DNA from: Hydrolagus affinis
Lineage: Eukaryota
Assembly: GCA_012026655.1 (NCBI GenBank)
Contig: JAAILG010000054.1
Span: forward strand, 1-64,000
Direction: 5' to 3'
DNA: 64,000 bases
Below, one piece after another: positions 49,296 to 63,309 of the stretch. The position numbers were made by a program, and so were the translations under genes. Under the pieces are notes generated by a model. That model made no database searches and was not told where the DNA came from. It saw only the letters and a list, made by a program, of their open reading frames with translations. Numbering within the stretch: position 1 is the stretch's first letter; every line of letters starts with the position of its first letter.

Positions 49296-52200
49296 CATGG
49301 TGTGTAAAGGAGATTTCTGTTCAATAAAGATGACCTCTTTGGTATTTCTCCACATGTGGGTGACGTTGTGCCCTTGTAGGATGTGGAAATAATGCTTTCG
49401 TAAGCCGATGAGTATGATACTAACCCTATGAATCTCACCGTTGAGTTTTGTGGGCAGATAGAACGTAGATAGGGCAGCATTGCAGACCTCTGTCTGTCAT
49501 GCTAAGTAAATATGTAATCTATATATTATCAATATCCAAATACATAAATAACGATTTTTAATTGTTGGTGGATTTGGAGTGGACAGAAGGACAAAGAAAA
49601 ATCCCTACAACTGAGGTTAAAAATGTTTTAAGTTCTCAGGTTGTGAGGTGGGTAAAGATGGATCATGAATCCATAGCTATGACTTGACTGTGGAGTTGCA
49701 AGGACATAGAATTTTGTGAAAATACTGTGGCTTGGCTGGCGAGTCTCTCTTTGTTGCTTTTGAGTTCCTTGCAGCTGGATATAGAAAGGCATGGACCAAA
49801 GTTATGGCTTGCCCTCAAAATGAGAAAGGTGGGAGGAGGGTATTGTGGAATTTTTTTAACGGAAAGGAAAAAATGCAGAAAATGTAAGAAAATCTTGAGG
49901 TGTAAAAAGCAGTGGTATCGATATTGGTAACTGCTATACGAAACACTTCATTTTTGATTATGATTTGAAAAAATTGAATGGGTGTGATGTACATACCTTT
50001 AGAAATGAACATTAAGCTTGTTAACATGCGCAACTCAATAAAGCTGTGTTGTCTTTGATTTCCTTTACTTCCCAGAGGTCCTTCATAAATTTAATGCAAG
50101 CACTGGGTACCAGCAGACGACCCCAGGCTTCAATACAGGTCCACATGCAGTAGAAGGACGTTTTGAACATCCACCCTCTGTTACGGGCTGATAAAAGTCG
50201 ATACTGCTGGATTCACTAAACATTTTTGTGTTGCTGATTATGCACCAAGCATCTTTGGGACCTGCACATCAGTTTCTGCTGTTGGCATGATAATGCATCA
50301 TCACTGCAGATTCAACAAGGGGAGAACTTTCCTTTACATAAACCACCGACTCTTGTGCAGAAGAGAATCCAGTGGCTGAAGTTGAATAACTTTGATCAAA
50401 CATCAGTCTAGTTTACTTATGTGAATCAAACAGATAATTGGCTTTTTTTTAAAAGAAAATAATTACACTCCCACATTTATTTACTTTTTTCCTCTTTCCT
50501 TTTATTTCTCTCCCCATCCTCCCAACAGCTGTGTACTATTCTCTGGCTGTGAGATAGCGAGAGTGGCCAACCTGCTTTCCAATCTGTGTCACTACTACTG
50601 ACCCTTTTCCCTCTTTGCCCTGTTCTTGGGATGCGGTGGGGAGACTTGTGCCTGGCTTTTGCTCACAGTTCTATCTAATCTGGTAAAGAAATGTTATGGA
50701 ATTGTGGTTGTGGGCCTTCTTCCTAACCAGACTGATAAGTGTGGTGTATCAGATCAGCCTTTGTAGTCCCATTAGATTACCCAGCTCTGGAATTTATTGC
50801 AATATGAAGCAAAGTGCTTGTTGTGCATCTCATATGTTGGCATTGAGATCAGAAATATTTACTTTCCCTACATGCCAACAATAATTCAGCTGAAACAAAT
50901 TTGCAATTTACTTTGCATTTCAGACTAAATTTAATTTCTAACAAACCACATATTATTCAGTAAAAATACCTTTTTATACTTATTCTTATTGTTCATTTTT
51001 TTTACTGAGCATTATGAAAATAGAAAATGTTGCTGTTTTTAAAATATGATTTATTTTATGCACACCTACACATAGGGTACTAACATTGAAATGCACATTT
51101 AAAGGAACCTTAAATTAAATTGTAGAATTTATGCAGTTCTAACTCCACTTTGACCGATTGTGTCTGAAATGTATAATTTGAAAATTGCTAGAATGAAAAC
51201 AAATTATGGGCAGGAAAGCATTGCTTCATCCACCAGGGCTGTGATTCAATATGTGGTGAACACAAATGCGTACTCTCACTCAGCAACCATGTTCTCTTGT
51301 ATCACATGGAATAGTAATTAGTGTTCTTGATTTAATTGGTTTACTATTAATTCATATCACTTTTAAGGTGCCACAATGGTTCAATTATTAAAGCCACTGT
51401 CTGGCATGAAACTGAGATGTAAGACAAGCAAATTCCAAGATTCACTCTCTTTACAACAACAACAAAATTACATTTATAGAGCACCTTTCACGTCAGGAGG
51501 ATGTCCCAAGGTGCTTTAATTAGCTGATCTCAACTAGAGTAACTTAAAATAGCCCCACTTCCAGTATTATGGCCAAGCAAAAGTTGGCCAGGAATCCCAC
51601 TAAACAATATCCAGCCATGGTTGTTGTAATGTGGCTGCATGGGGATGAGTGAGAGTACAATTGGGCTTGGTTGTGATGTTCTTGTGATGTTGTGCAGCTT
51701 GAAAAGTTTCACTAAATAGCTACATATATGGCTGCGTCACAAAGATACCAGGGAGGCATTTGGTGGCTTTGGAATCAAAACGAGCCTTACACCTGTAATA
51801 TTTCCATGCTTGAGCAGGGAAAAGAGGGTTGGGTGCATTAAGTTAATACATCTGCCTTTATTTTAAAAAAAGCCTTTCAAATACATTTTTGTTGACCCAT
51901 TCTTGCTGTGCTTAACATGAAACACCGAGGAAGAATGACCATGCATGGTATTGAGAAGCTTGTTTCTCGTGATCCCAATGCACAATTGAATTTTGAAAGC
52001 AACAGTTGGCACAGACATTAATGGTTGCTTGCCTCTGCCCTGCCTGGTAAGTTGTGGAAATCTTGCACCATAGGTAATGCATTCAATTCTGAACTTTGTG
52101 CTGTTGAATACTTTTTGTGTTGGGAAAGGAGAACTGCAAAATAAATATGGAATACAGCTGCTTTGCTTATAAGGTGGGTAGGTGGTGGTCCCAGGATTTT

Positions 52201-54250
52201 ATGATATCAAATCTTGATAAACATGTTATCCAGGTAAAGCATTGATAGGCTGGATATATTAAGGTTATGTTATGCGCATCGAGACAGTGCACAACCTGAC
52301 TTCCTCATGCTTGTGTTAAATTGGTTACACATTGTGACAATATGGTGACTGGTGCTGGTAGATTTGTACCAGCATTGCAGTAATTTACTTTTTGGTCATT
52401 TGGGTGTTTGACATATGATAGGAAACTTATCATCATACTTAGGAGTATCCAAATCAAACTGAGAATTCCATGCATCCTATCTACACTTGGAAATCCCAGA
52501 GATAGATTGTTGGAATGGAATGCGCACTCTCCTTGGAGGGACACATCCTGCTTATCTGTTTCCGGAAAGTATTAGGCACAGGTTGGCAAGAGTCAAGGCT
52601 TTGAGGACCCCAGAATTTGGCTTGGCTACTGCTGGAGTCTAATCAGTTATAATCCCACAGCTTGCGTGCAGAGCAACCTAGCATTGCAAAGTAGATTAGT
52701 CTGTGCATTTTGAGAATCGTGAGAGTAATACAGGATATGGCGCGAGAGCTGCTGGGTGACGTTCTGTACACATGCACAGAACACCCTTGTAACGTTGCAA
52801 ACTCGCATGTGGTGACCAGCAGCGGTTGTCTAATATTCTTGCTTATAATGAATGCAGGTTGGAATTTCCTGGATACTAACAATAGTGTCATTGGGGTTCC
52901 TCTGTATGTTGTGTTATGCATGCTCTTATTTGAGGGAATAGTACACTATAGGTTGTGTACGTTGAGAGAAAAGGTGGAAGCCTTCTTTTGTTGGAAAGCT
53001 TTCATTATTAAGTTACTTTTGATTTCTCTGTGGATTGTTTTGGGTTCAAGTTCAGACTGTTAAGAGTTTATTTAAGTTGTGCTTATCTGTTGTGTCCTTT
53101 AGTGAATGATGGATGGTGTGATAAAGTCTTAGCCAGTACTATTTTGTATAGATCTGTGCGTGTGTTCTCATGTGTGTTTGGTATTTTTCTATACACACCA
53201 GTGTGTGTGATTGTGTTTTGGTGGGTTTGTTTTGCATACTTTTGAAGTATGGAACCCATAACCCTCTCTGGAATATTGAAATTTTGCTTTTGGGAGTTGC
53301 TTGACGGGATCTCCTTAAACTCTGTATGGCATTTTTTTTATCAATATCACACATTGGAACAAACATTCTGCTGGTCAAGGCAATAATCAGAATACGTGAA
53401 ACTCTGCTTGGCCACTGCCTCAAAGCTGGTAATTGCAGTGATGCACAAAGTTGCTGGAATTTTCAAAAACTTCTTTGTGTATGGATCAATTATTTCGATA
53501 TATATCACTGTTCATTGCAGCATTTTCACATAGTAGAGACCACAATATTCTAAAACATCTGCCAGCAGTAAATTCAGATCTGTATGAAGGGTTGCAGGCC
53601 GAAGCCATGGGATTTCCCTACAAGGAGACTTGTCAGATGGCTGGTCTACACACACCTCCTCAAACTCAGTTACAAGCCACATTGGCAAAATCCTTGGAGC
53701 AGCTTTTATACTTGATTGGAGAAGAAATATTAATAATCCTTGTATTTAACATAGCTCTGCATGACAATTGGAGATTCAAAGAAAGAGAAATAAGATTGAT
53801 GTGACAGTGGAACTTTTTGCTTTCAGTTCAAGCAAACACAGAAGCTTGCAAATGGTGAATTATATTTCATTTCAAAGTTTGCAACACAGTTTTAACACTG
53901 TTATCTAGGAATTAGTGGAGATGAATAATTTTAACAATCTGACTGATCATTAAATCTTTTTTGATCAGAGAAACCTGCATGATGCTTATTGTTGGGATCA
54001 ATTGGTGTATCACACCCATTTTCTACAGTTCCAAAATGTACTTTAAGATGATTACTAACTTTTTAAGCAGGATAAGAAGAATTCCACTGAAGTCTTAATA
54101 TTCCTATGAAAATGGATACTGTCTCATTAAACTGTTACAAGACAAGGTGTTTGTAGTTGGTGTGAAGTTCTTCATTGCTCAGATCTATACGAACTAATAT
54201 TTTGACTCTAGATGTGTCTGTTTTCCTCCTTTTCTATTACTCTGTCACAG

Positions 54251-54322
54251 GCTCGGCAGCGTTTCACTGTGCATCAGAGCAAGTGACTTTTAAACTTGGC
54301 GGCAGAAGGACAAGGTTTCTGA
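54251..54322 (+). CDS. WNK1: WNK1 alternative exon 26a
   Basis: ctgtcacag|GCTCGGCA ... TTTCTGA|gtacgc; 72 nt, phase 1-1; SAAFHCASEQVTFKLGGRRTRFL resembles mammalian 26a (CASEQVTFKPGGRRTRFL as recalled). Confidence 0.88.
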
Positions 54323-57300
54323 GTACGCCCTGTCTGGCTCTTTGTGTGTAACACTTTTATTCTTTTCTCATGTTTTTCCTCTTTACCCCTGCATATAGCT
54401 TCGCTGCTTTCTGTGCATAATCTTTTCACTATGTCTCTGGAATTTCTGTCACCTATTCAAAGTTTTGATGAAGGGCAGTGCGACAAATTCAAAAGAACAA
54501 ATTCAAAAATCTACACAGTGATTTGAATAAATTTCCAATGAATCCCACAAAGAGAGATGGAGTGCAATAACAGACCAACATCTATAGACCAATACATTTT
54601 TTAATAAATTGTGAACATATTATTTAGGCTCCTTCAGACAAGTGTTTGGCCCAGGTGTTGCTTTCTTGTATCTATTTGAATGATATTTGTGAAATGAAGT
54701 ACCCGTTTCTTTTTATTTCAAGAATGAGTACATTTTAGGCATTTGTTTTTCCTCTTTTGTTCTCCCAGGTAATAGAGCAGTTTTGCCTCTTTTAAAAATT
54801 TGTTATATATGTGTAGTGTAGTTGTGTAAATGCCTGTTGTATTTCCCTTAAAATCAATACATTTTCACAGAAAATTGTACAAAGGGTCTACAATTGTTGT
54901 GTAAATGGAACAGAGGAAAACTACCAAAAAGGAAAAAGGTTTTCACTTCTTTCTGTATTTGGTGCACTTGTAAATTCCTAGATGGCAGCACATTAATAGC
55001 ACATTAACAGTCTGCTACCTGAACACAAGTAAGATGGACGTTAATTTATATTCTGTGGCTGGTTTTGTTGAGGGCTTGTTGTGCAGTTTTTCCACCTGAG
55101 CTGTGAATAATATATGGAATATGGAACTGAGCTGCAGGTTAAACTATTTCAATTAGATCAGTGGTGTAGTATTTCATGCATGCAATGGTAGACTGTCATA
55201 ATAGGTTTTAGTTTGTCTCCAGTGTGGTTATTCTGGATTATTGTTTCAATTCTTCTGGGCTGATCTATATGACCAGAATTATGGCCATTGAAAGAAATCA
55301 TTTCCCACTTTTGTTACTGAAATCTTCCATTAAAAAAAACAAATTTATAGGGCTGCAAAGTGTAGTTGTCACAAGGGGTGGACCTTTGACATGAAGTCTG
55401 GAACTTAAAGAAAACAAAAACAAAACACCTGAAGCAATGTGTTGCAAACCCTCTTCAAAACTTCCAGCATTCATCAGTTATTTTATTCCCCAAATGCTTT
55501 TATCCACCCTGAATACTGCTTCATGGTAATTGGTAATCTTTGTATTACGTAGGTCACTTTCTCTAATCCTGTCCTGAAACTTTTAATAGGAAGTTAACCC
55601 AACGTTTATTTTGTGCATTGCATGGAATTTATTATATTCCAATAATTTTCTGACCATCTTTTTTCTTTGTTGCTCTCATAAGTTTGAAGTATGGATGCAT
55701 TAGTGCAGAAAAAGCCCCCTTGTCCTTTATTCATGCCAGATTTTCTATTTTTACTGTAACTGGAATCTGATATTTTCCAAATTACGGTATTTTAATTTTT
55801 TGCTCCAGTTCTAAAATCTGGGAATTAATGTCAATTGCTTTGAATATTTTACAATTAGAATACATCCGTGTTTGGGCATTCCATCTACCAATAGTCAACC
55901 TGATGAAGTGAAAAATAACACAATCTTTTAAGAACTAACTAAGTTTCTGTACAATAATTCAAGTCTCTGGAGCTTTGGTAGAAGATGAAGTATTTTTTTC
56001 TTGCGTTTCCCTCCTCCCACAGTAGCATTTTTACTCTGGATATAGCAGGTTCTATTAAAACTACCTGAGATCCTCCATTATGTACCTAACACATACACCA
56101 AATATTTACCAGAGTAGAGCTTGCATATGGTTTCTGTTTAACTTTGCTGAATTACTTTATCAGTTTTTATGTAAGCGTACAAATCGTTTTTCTCTATCCA
56201 CTTTGTTGTTTCCCTTCCCTCAGCCTATGTTAACACTCCACAATTGCTACAATATCCTTAACCCAAAACTGAAGAGAAGTTTGGTCCTGCTGCTGAATAA
56301 AATGAGCAAAGGGAATGCAGAGGGGGTGGGGAAGGTAATCATAGCTCTAAATTTCAACAGAAAGGAAATGTTAGCAGTTCTTCTAGAAGCAGGAAACAAA
56401 TGTTCTCCCCTCTAATGGACTGCAATTGTTTCATAGCAAGCGTGAAATTCACCCTTCTTCAAGGCCAACTATTTTGGTAATCATATGCCCCGTTTTACAT
56501 CATGGTGGTTTTCCGCATTATAGATAATTCCTGGCCTGAAGGTCAGAATTGCTTTCAGTCCTAAGTACTGATCTTACTTATTGGTCAGCAACTGATAAAT
56601 GTTACAAAAGTTTCCCAGATTCCTTCCATATAGTAAGTGCCTGGTGCACTGTTGCTATTCTGTCCACTTGTGTATACATAAGAAGAATTGGCCTTTTTCA
56701 AGAGTTGCGGGCATGAATGTTTGGCATGCCACTCTGGTGCCTCACAAAGCCAACATCTTTATGGTCCAGGGCTATTTCAAGTCTAGCTTCTTCAGGTATT
56801 CTAATTATTCAGCATTTTTTTTTAATGAGTTGAATGGGACAAATATCCAGTGCAGTTAACATTGTCTCCAGGGAATTTCACGCTGAACATAACACTTGTT
56901 TATTGAACAAATCCCTTTCACAGAGAAATATTAGTTTTTTTTTTACAGCAGATGTGGTTATCTCCAGGTTACATCTTTTCAACCCAATGAGATTTTAAAT
57001 GATGGAGTCTGAGAATGTAGAAAATGTAATGAAGATAGCTTAATATATCGTAATATATTGTGCAGCTTGCTTCTTCTTTTTCTTATACCTAATCATATAA
57101 CTGCTTGTGTTTGAGGGAGTGGGGTGATATGGGACTGCACAATCCTTCCTTTGTTGTGCACTTTGGAGTTACGGTTGTGCAATTTCATTTGCTTGCTTTT
57201 GCTGCCGAGCCCAGTAAAATGCAGTGCACAAGTTGCACCTTAACACAGATTTTATAACCTGTGAATTGGTGGTGTAATGTGTACAGTGTCACACTAGGGT

Positions 57301-59737
57301 ATCAATGGAGGCTGGTTTGGTGTTCGGGAAGAATGGAAAAATAGTACAATCAGTATTTGTTTGATAAGTCAGAATCCCTTTTTTAAAAAAAAGTTGATGA
57401 AAACATCAAAATCATTGAATAAATAACCAATTTTTCAAAATAATTGTTGGGATCGTAAAAAAATATTTTAAGACGATGCTTGGTACTGATGAAATTATAT
57501 TGTGGGACACATTTGTTAAAACTCCTAAGATATTGTACAGTTCAGAGGGTCTTCTAATCTTTTGAGAACTAACTTTAATGCTTGACTTGGTTTGTGGTGG
57601 AATGTGCCAGTTGTGATTTGCCAAAACACATCAAAGCTCACAGGCTGGTATGGATGCAGGTCCAGTGGACTTATCTTTGCTAATTTTTGTGCATGTCAGT
57701 ATTACTGTTTCACAAAAGCCGCAGCATGGCTGAAGTTGTTTGATTACAGCTTTCTTGACAATCGCGGTCTCAGTTTCTGACTTTTCCACTCTCTAGCTGC
57801 TCTATTATGTAAGTAAGTTTATATTATAAACTGTTCTGTTATATGAAGCTTAAACAGGTTGACCTTGGAGTTGAACTTTATTTTTATTCACTTGGTCTCT
57901 ACCTCTTTATGTCTATAAATTTATTATGACAATCCAACTACCTTTATAACCAACCAAATTTATGAAATACATCTTGCATTATGGTTACTGTTGGCTGTTC
58001 ATATTAAAACAACATTTCAAGTGTAATGTTTAACTGTTGTAAATATCACACAGATTTTTCATCACATTGCAGCTCATTAAGTCTTAATTGTACAAATAAT
58101 TATACAGTACTTGGGTTCTTTCACTTCAAAAACGTTGTTGTTAAACTATTGCCATTGAGGTGAGATTGCTATTTTCTAAAACAAGCAACATCAGGTTAAA
58201 ATTAATTTGTAAATTTAAAACTGGCATCTCAAACGTACTCAGCAGCTGAAACTTTTAGCTGATTGTCTGATATGCCCAATTGCCAGCCCACTTGTCAGTT
58301 GTCACTCTGGCTATACCTGTCTTGGTTCCCTCCCGAGAACTCCACTAATTTAACACTTGGGATTGTTGAAAGACAACTGCATTTCTCCCCTCTACGGGGG
58401 TGGTGATATCCTTATGGGTTCAAGGGATCATAGTGTACAGAATAAACTTTCTTCTGCAGCTACGTTATGGTAAAAATTAAATCAGTCTGGTTTACGAGGA
58501 GATCCAAGTCGATATGGAATAGGTTTGGTACTATCCAGTCCAAAAATGCAACATTGCTGTGTCTTAAACTCCCATTTACCTCCTTTTTAAAATAAATGAC
58601 CCGGTTAATAGTTGTAACCTTCTTTAATACAATAAATCAATTTAAGAGACATCTGTATAAAGATTACCAGGATTTTGCTGGGGAAAGGTGGAATATTATA
58701 CACCAACAGCTGTGCACCAAATAAATATTAAAATTCAAATATTTCTTTTGCCCTCACCATCACTTGGAGATCTTGCTTTGATTGCACGTGCTGCTTGGGC
58801 ATTAGAGAGTTAAAACTAGGGAATAAATAGTTTTGGCAAGATTAGTTTTAAATTGAAATTGAAATACAAGGTGACAAAAAGTTGTGATACCAATACAATG
58901 TCTAATAAGTCTTAAAGAAATGATTATTTTTCTTAGATAATAGAATAGTTATCATGACGTTTTGGTCACCCTGTATAACTGGAAGTATAATTACATGTAT
59001 GCTGTGTACAGTTAAAGATAACATGGCAAAATATTTAATGTTCATGACGCTAATCTCTAACCGGCACACAGATAGAGACATCTTAACTTTTCTATAAATT
59101 GTTCGCAAGTTGGTGTTCCTTGTCAGCAGAAATGAGGAATGGAATAACATATGGAATGTTATACTGACCGTCAATCAGTGCATCTTCATCTTGTGTTAAA
59201 ACCTCAATTGAAGTTTCCATATTTTTTTTTTAAAAATGCGATTGGGTAAAAGTGACCTACGGTGTAGTTGCTTTTGTGGTCTGTTCGCATCCTGAAAAAT
59301 GTGGAAAGATGAAAACAATTCCTTTTCGCCACACTTGGTGGCGCTACAATTTTTCTCCCAAAGAATAATCCTGGGAAACTTCAGGGAGAAAGAAATTGAT
59401 GTCAAGGATTTTATTTCATTCAAGAAAGATAAATTCAAATTCCCATATTCTTCCCTAATTCAACGGTATAAATTTCAAATCAGATGTATTTAGAGTTACC
59501 AAATCTAATTTCAAATGGCTTCAGAGAGAACAAAGAATATTTAGATGTTACAAATAGCAGTCTGGCTGAAGCAGAGTCACCACCTTATGTACGCTGTTGC
59601 AACACCATGCTACAATAGGTTCTTTCTGTCTGGTTTTATTGCAGGACAATCCTGTACACGGTAACTCTTAACTACTGTCAATTGATATTAATGTGCTGTC
59701 TTTCTGTGTTTCTCTTCAAACACTCTTTATTCTTTAG

Positions 59738-59779
59738 GGAAGATGGTGAAAAAAGTCTGCCCCTGCAACCAACTGTGTA
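59738..59779 (+). CDS. WNK1: WNK1 alternative micro-exon 26b
   Basis: ttctttag|GGAAGATG ... CTGTGTA|gtaatt; 42 nt, phase 1-1; KMVKKVCPCNQLC. Confidence 0.88.
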
Positions 59780-60689
59780 GTAATTATCCTTCTTTAACAT
59801 TCTGCTTGTGTAACATGCCATGGTACTTCTTGTCAGACTCTTGGCACCTGACTTTAGCATCCAATGCTTTGCACTGTCTGGAAGTGGGAAATTGATGTTT
59901 GGATGAGAAGAGAGGAGGAAAGAGTTAAATTCTTTCAAAAACTGCTGTTTTCTTCCAAGCATAGTACGGTCCGAAACCATGTTAATAACTTTGCATTTTG
60001 ACCTCACAAGGCTTGTGTTACTTCAGAATACAGAATTAGCAGTAAACACTTTTAACTAAATGGTTATTGAATCTGAATGCAAAATCTGTATTTTTTTTAA
60101 CAAAGGAACTGGGGATAAACCTTAAATTTTATTTGTGATGAGATTTCAGTAAGTTTTTTCATTGATTGACAACTGGCAGCTGAAGGGTAGAGGAGAGAAA
60201 CCTGCTCACCATGACATGGTTTCATTGTGGAGAAAACAGGGTTTTTATCACATTTTTGGTTTTCCATCTTTGCTACAAATGGACTTTGGCCCGGAGCAGT
60301 TCACTGTCAAGAGGAAGTATTGCTGACCCGTATTCGCTTAATGGGGTTTGGTAGCAATTAGCTAGCTTTATTTAAGCTCTCATTTTAATTTTGTGCATAC
60401 CCACTGTCTTTTATATCATGCAGTGAGTGTGTGATCAACCAGTCATGCTGTTGTGAAGGGTGATGCAGCTGATGATGGAAGTTATGCCAGTGAGCAGATT
60501 TAAAAATAAACTCACTGCGCATTCCAGACTCTTAATACCAGCTTTGCCTGGAACTGAATTCTGTTGGCTGTTTCTTGTATCCAGCCTCCAACTCCACTTT
60601 CTAGCCCTTATCTTATGATTGTTATCTTTCGTTAGGAGACCAAAATTGTTTGTACCCCCCTTCCCACACTCCTGTAATATTAGTAGAAC

Positions 60690-60850
60690 CCCTGCATTTA
60701 ATATAGTGCTTTATTACATTGTTGATACATCTCAAAGAGCTTTGCAGGATATATTGTAAAGTGAATTGCGTGTGTATTTTGTGAACAGATTGGGACAGCC
60801 ATTTGTGCACAGCAGTGTTCTACAAACACTTGTGGATTCAGCAACCAATT
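60690..60850 (-). mobile_element. Degenerate SINE 3' half
   Basis: Same family tail and core. Confidence 0.7.
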
Positions 60851-61984
60851 TTTTAAAACTCTGACAAAACTTGTCCATTAACCATATCTTTGGTTAGTAT
60901 TTTTGAGATTCTCTGCTCTGGTATAGCAACAATCAATTCAGTCCAAATCCTTATTCAGAAAGGTGTATTATTTTCATTCTACTGCTGATCTGAACAATTA
61001 GGTTTCAGAGAACCACAGGCATTTTGTAAACATTAATTTTATCTTTGGTGAATTTCACTTTAATAGCAACCAGCTGTTCCTGAACTCAGTTTAATTATGC
61101 AGGCAGTAAAATGTAGCACTGTATTGCAGGTAGTAAATTGGAAAACCAAAAATGTTGGAATTCATGTGTTTATCAGGCTATGAATTCCACAACGTGAAAA
61201 ATTTAATGCACAGAAACATCAAAAACTGAAGGTTGAAATTGTTCTGGCATTGCTCTAAATTTGTTATTGTATGGGTATTCAGTACTTTGATGCTAAAATC
61301 AGGTGTAATAATGGCTTGTTTTTGCATGTACTAAGAGCTTTAAAAAAAACTATATCTTGGCATACTTGACGTGTAAATGTTTTTTCTTTTACATAGATTT
61401 AATGCATGGAACAATTGCAGATAGATGTCTTTGTAGCAGAGCGTGAAATGAGCTGAGAAAGATTTCTGTTTTGTGAATGGCACCTTTGCTGCTAACTGCA
61501 ATAATTCTCTGGAGTGCTGAAATTATTATTTTTAAATTTGCAGTATATCCTTTCTTATAACTGTCTCATGGAAAAGCATGTTATTGAGAGGTGCATGTGG
61601 TAAAGGTATTTTGGGGTTACATTTATGAAGGACTTAGTTTGGCACATTTTGGAGTGTTCTTTTGGGAGCTGCAAGTATTTCTAAACGTTTTGGTGAAGCA
61701 ACTTTTAAGATGTGAAGCTTGGGCTTGGTTCCTGGGCATCGGTTTATCATTCATTTCTGTAGGCCAGGAATAATGAGCTGAGCAAGGATTTCTTTACTCT
61801 TAGATCCAGTAAATTTTAGTTACAAGCATTTGTTCTGTATCATAACAGAAGTCTTGTAACAAAATGCTATGCTCTCCTCATATGTTATTTAGATATGACC
61901 AAAAACATGCTTTGATTCTATTGAGAACTAACTATATGTAGCTGAATGTATAAATGGTACTCAAGTGTTTTTTGATTTTTCTAG

Positions 61985-62184
61985 GAACAACCAGCACAAA
62001 TGCTGTAAGTGGTGTTGGAGGACAGGCACCTCAGCAACAGGCAGCCATAACAACAAGTAAGAAAGGAACCTTTACCGATGACTTGCACCAGTTGGTGGAC
62101 AACTGGGCTCGCGATGCTATAAACCTCTCACAGAACAAACGTGGCCCAAAGCAGCAAGGTCCGCAAGGCCAGCATTACTCTGAA
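61985..62184 (+). CDS. WNK1: WNK1 exon 27
   Basis: tttctag|GAACAACC ... TCTGAA|gtaagt; 200 nt; KKGTFTDDLHQLVDNWARDA. Confidence 0.96.
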
Positions 62185-62394
62185 GTAAGTGGGGCAGTAG
62201 TTGCACAGCTCACAGATTTGTCAAGCACTTAACTGCAGGTCAAAGGGCCTTGAGCTGACCTTTACTTAATTGCTTGAGTTCAGCAGCTTGGAATATCAGA
62301 ATGTGCTTTAATGATCTGGTCATTATAGCATTGACAGTTTTGAAGAAATAACTCAATTTGACTATTTTCCCTTCCATCTTATACTAATTTGGCC

Positions 62395-63309
62395 TCCACC
62401 GAGTCACCAGTGGGGTACCCCAAGGATCCATCCTTGGCCCTATTCTTTACCTCATTTACATGCTCCTCGGTGATGTCATCCGCAGACACAGGGTTAACTT
62501 CCACATGTATGCGGATGATATTCTACTTTTCCACCTCCAGTTGCGACCCCTAGTCCCTTGATGTCCTGTCAGCTTGTCTGTCGGACATCAGCTGGATTTC
62601 CTGCAGTTAAACATCATCAAGCTGGAAGCATACTCTTTGGCTCCCATCAACATTTTCTGTCCTACGGTTCTAATCTCTTCAACCTACCTGACCTGTCCTT
62701 AAAACTCTCCAAACCCGTGCGCAACTTGGGCATCAGGTTATCCTTCCTCTCCCACAACTGGTCACTCACCAGCACTGCTTTCTTCCATGTCTGCCACATT
62801 GCCTATCTCTATCAATACCTCAACCCAAAAACTGCCAAAACCCTGGTCCATGCCTTTGTCACCTCTCGGCTCGACTACTACACCAAACTTAGCTTCCCCC
62901 ATTACCCCAGTCCTTGCCAGGCGTCTTGTGCTAGAGAGGATCAATTTCAAGATCCTCATCCTTGTTTTCAAATCCTCCACTCCTCTGCACCCCACTACTT
63001 CTCCGATCTCTTCCCTCCTCACAGCAGTACCCGCTGCCTTCGCTCTACTGGGTTCGGCCTCCTCCTTGTCCCCCGAATCCTCCGCTCCACCATCGGCAGC
63101 TGGGCTTTCAGCCACTATGCTCCAAAACTTTGGAGCTCCCTCCCCCAATCTCTTCGCCTCACCCCCCTCCTTTCCCATCAACACCTTTCTGTTTGACTAT
63201 GCATACAGTCAACTTCCCCCTCTCCCTAGCTCGATCTCAGGCTCCGCCATTGTGAAGTGCTCTGAGACGCTGCCCGGGGTGAAGGGCGCTATATAAATGC
63301 AAGTTGTTG
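62395..63309 (+). mobile_element. L2 LINE fragment (RT C-terminal half plus tail)
   Basis: [41 protein letters not shown]; tail gtgaagggcgctatataaatgcaagttgttg. Confidence 0.9.

Noticed and set aside
62558-63296. Overlapping 97-212 aa ORFs
   Set aside because: Frameshifted L2 reverse-transcriptase remnants, not an intact element.
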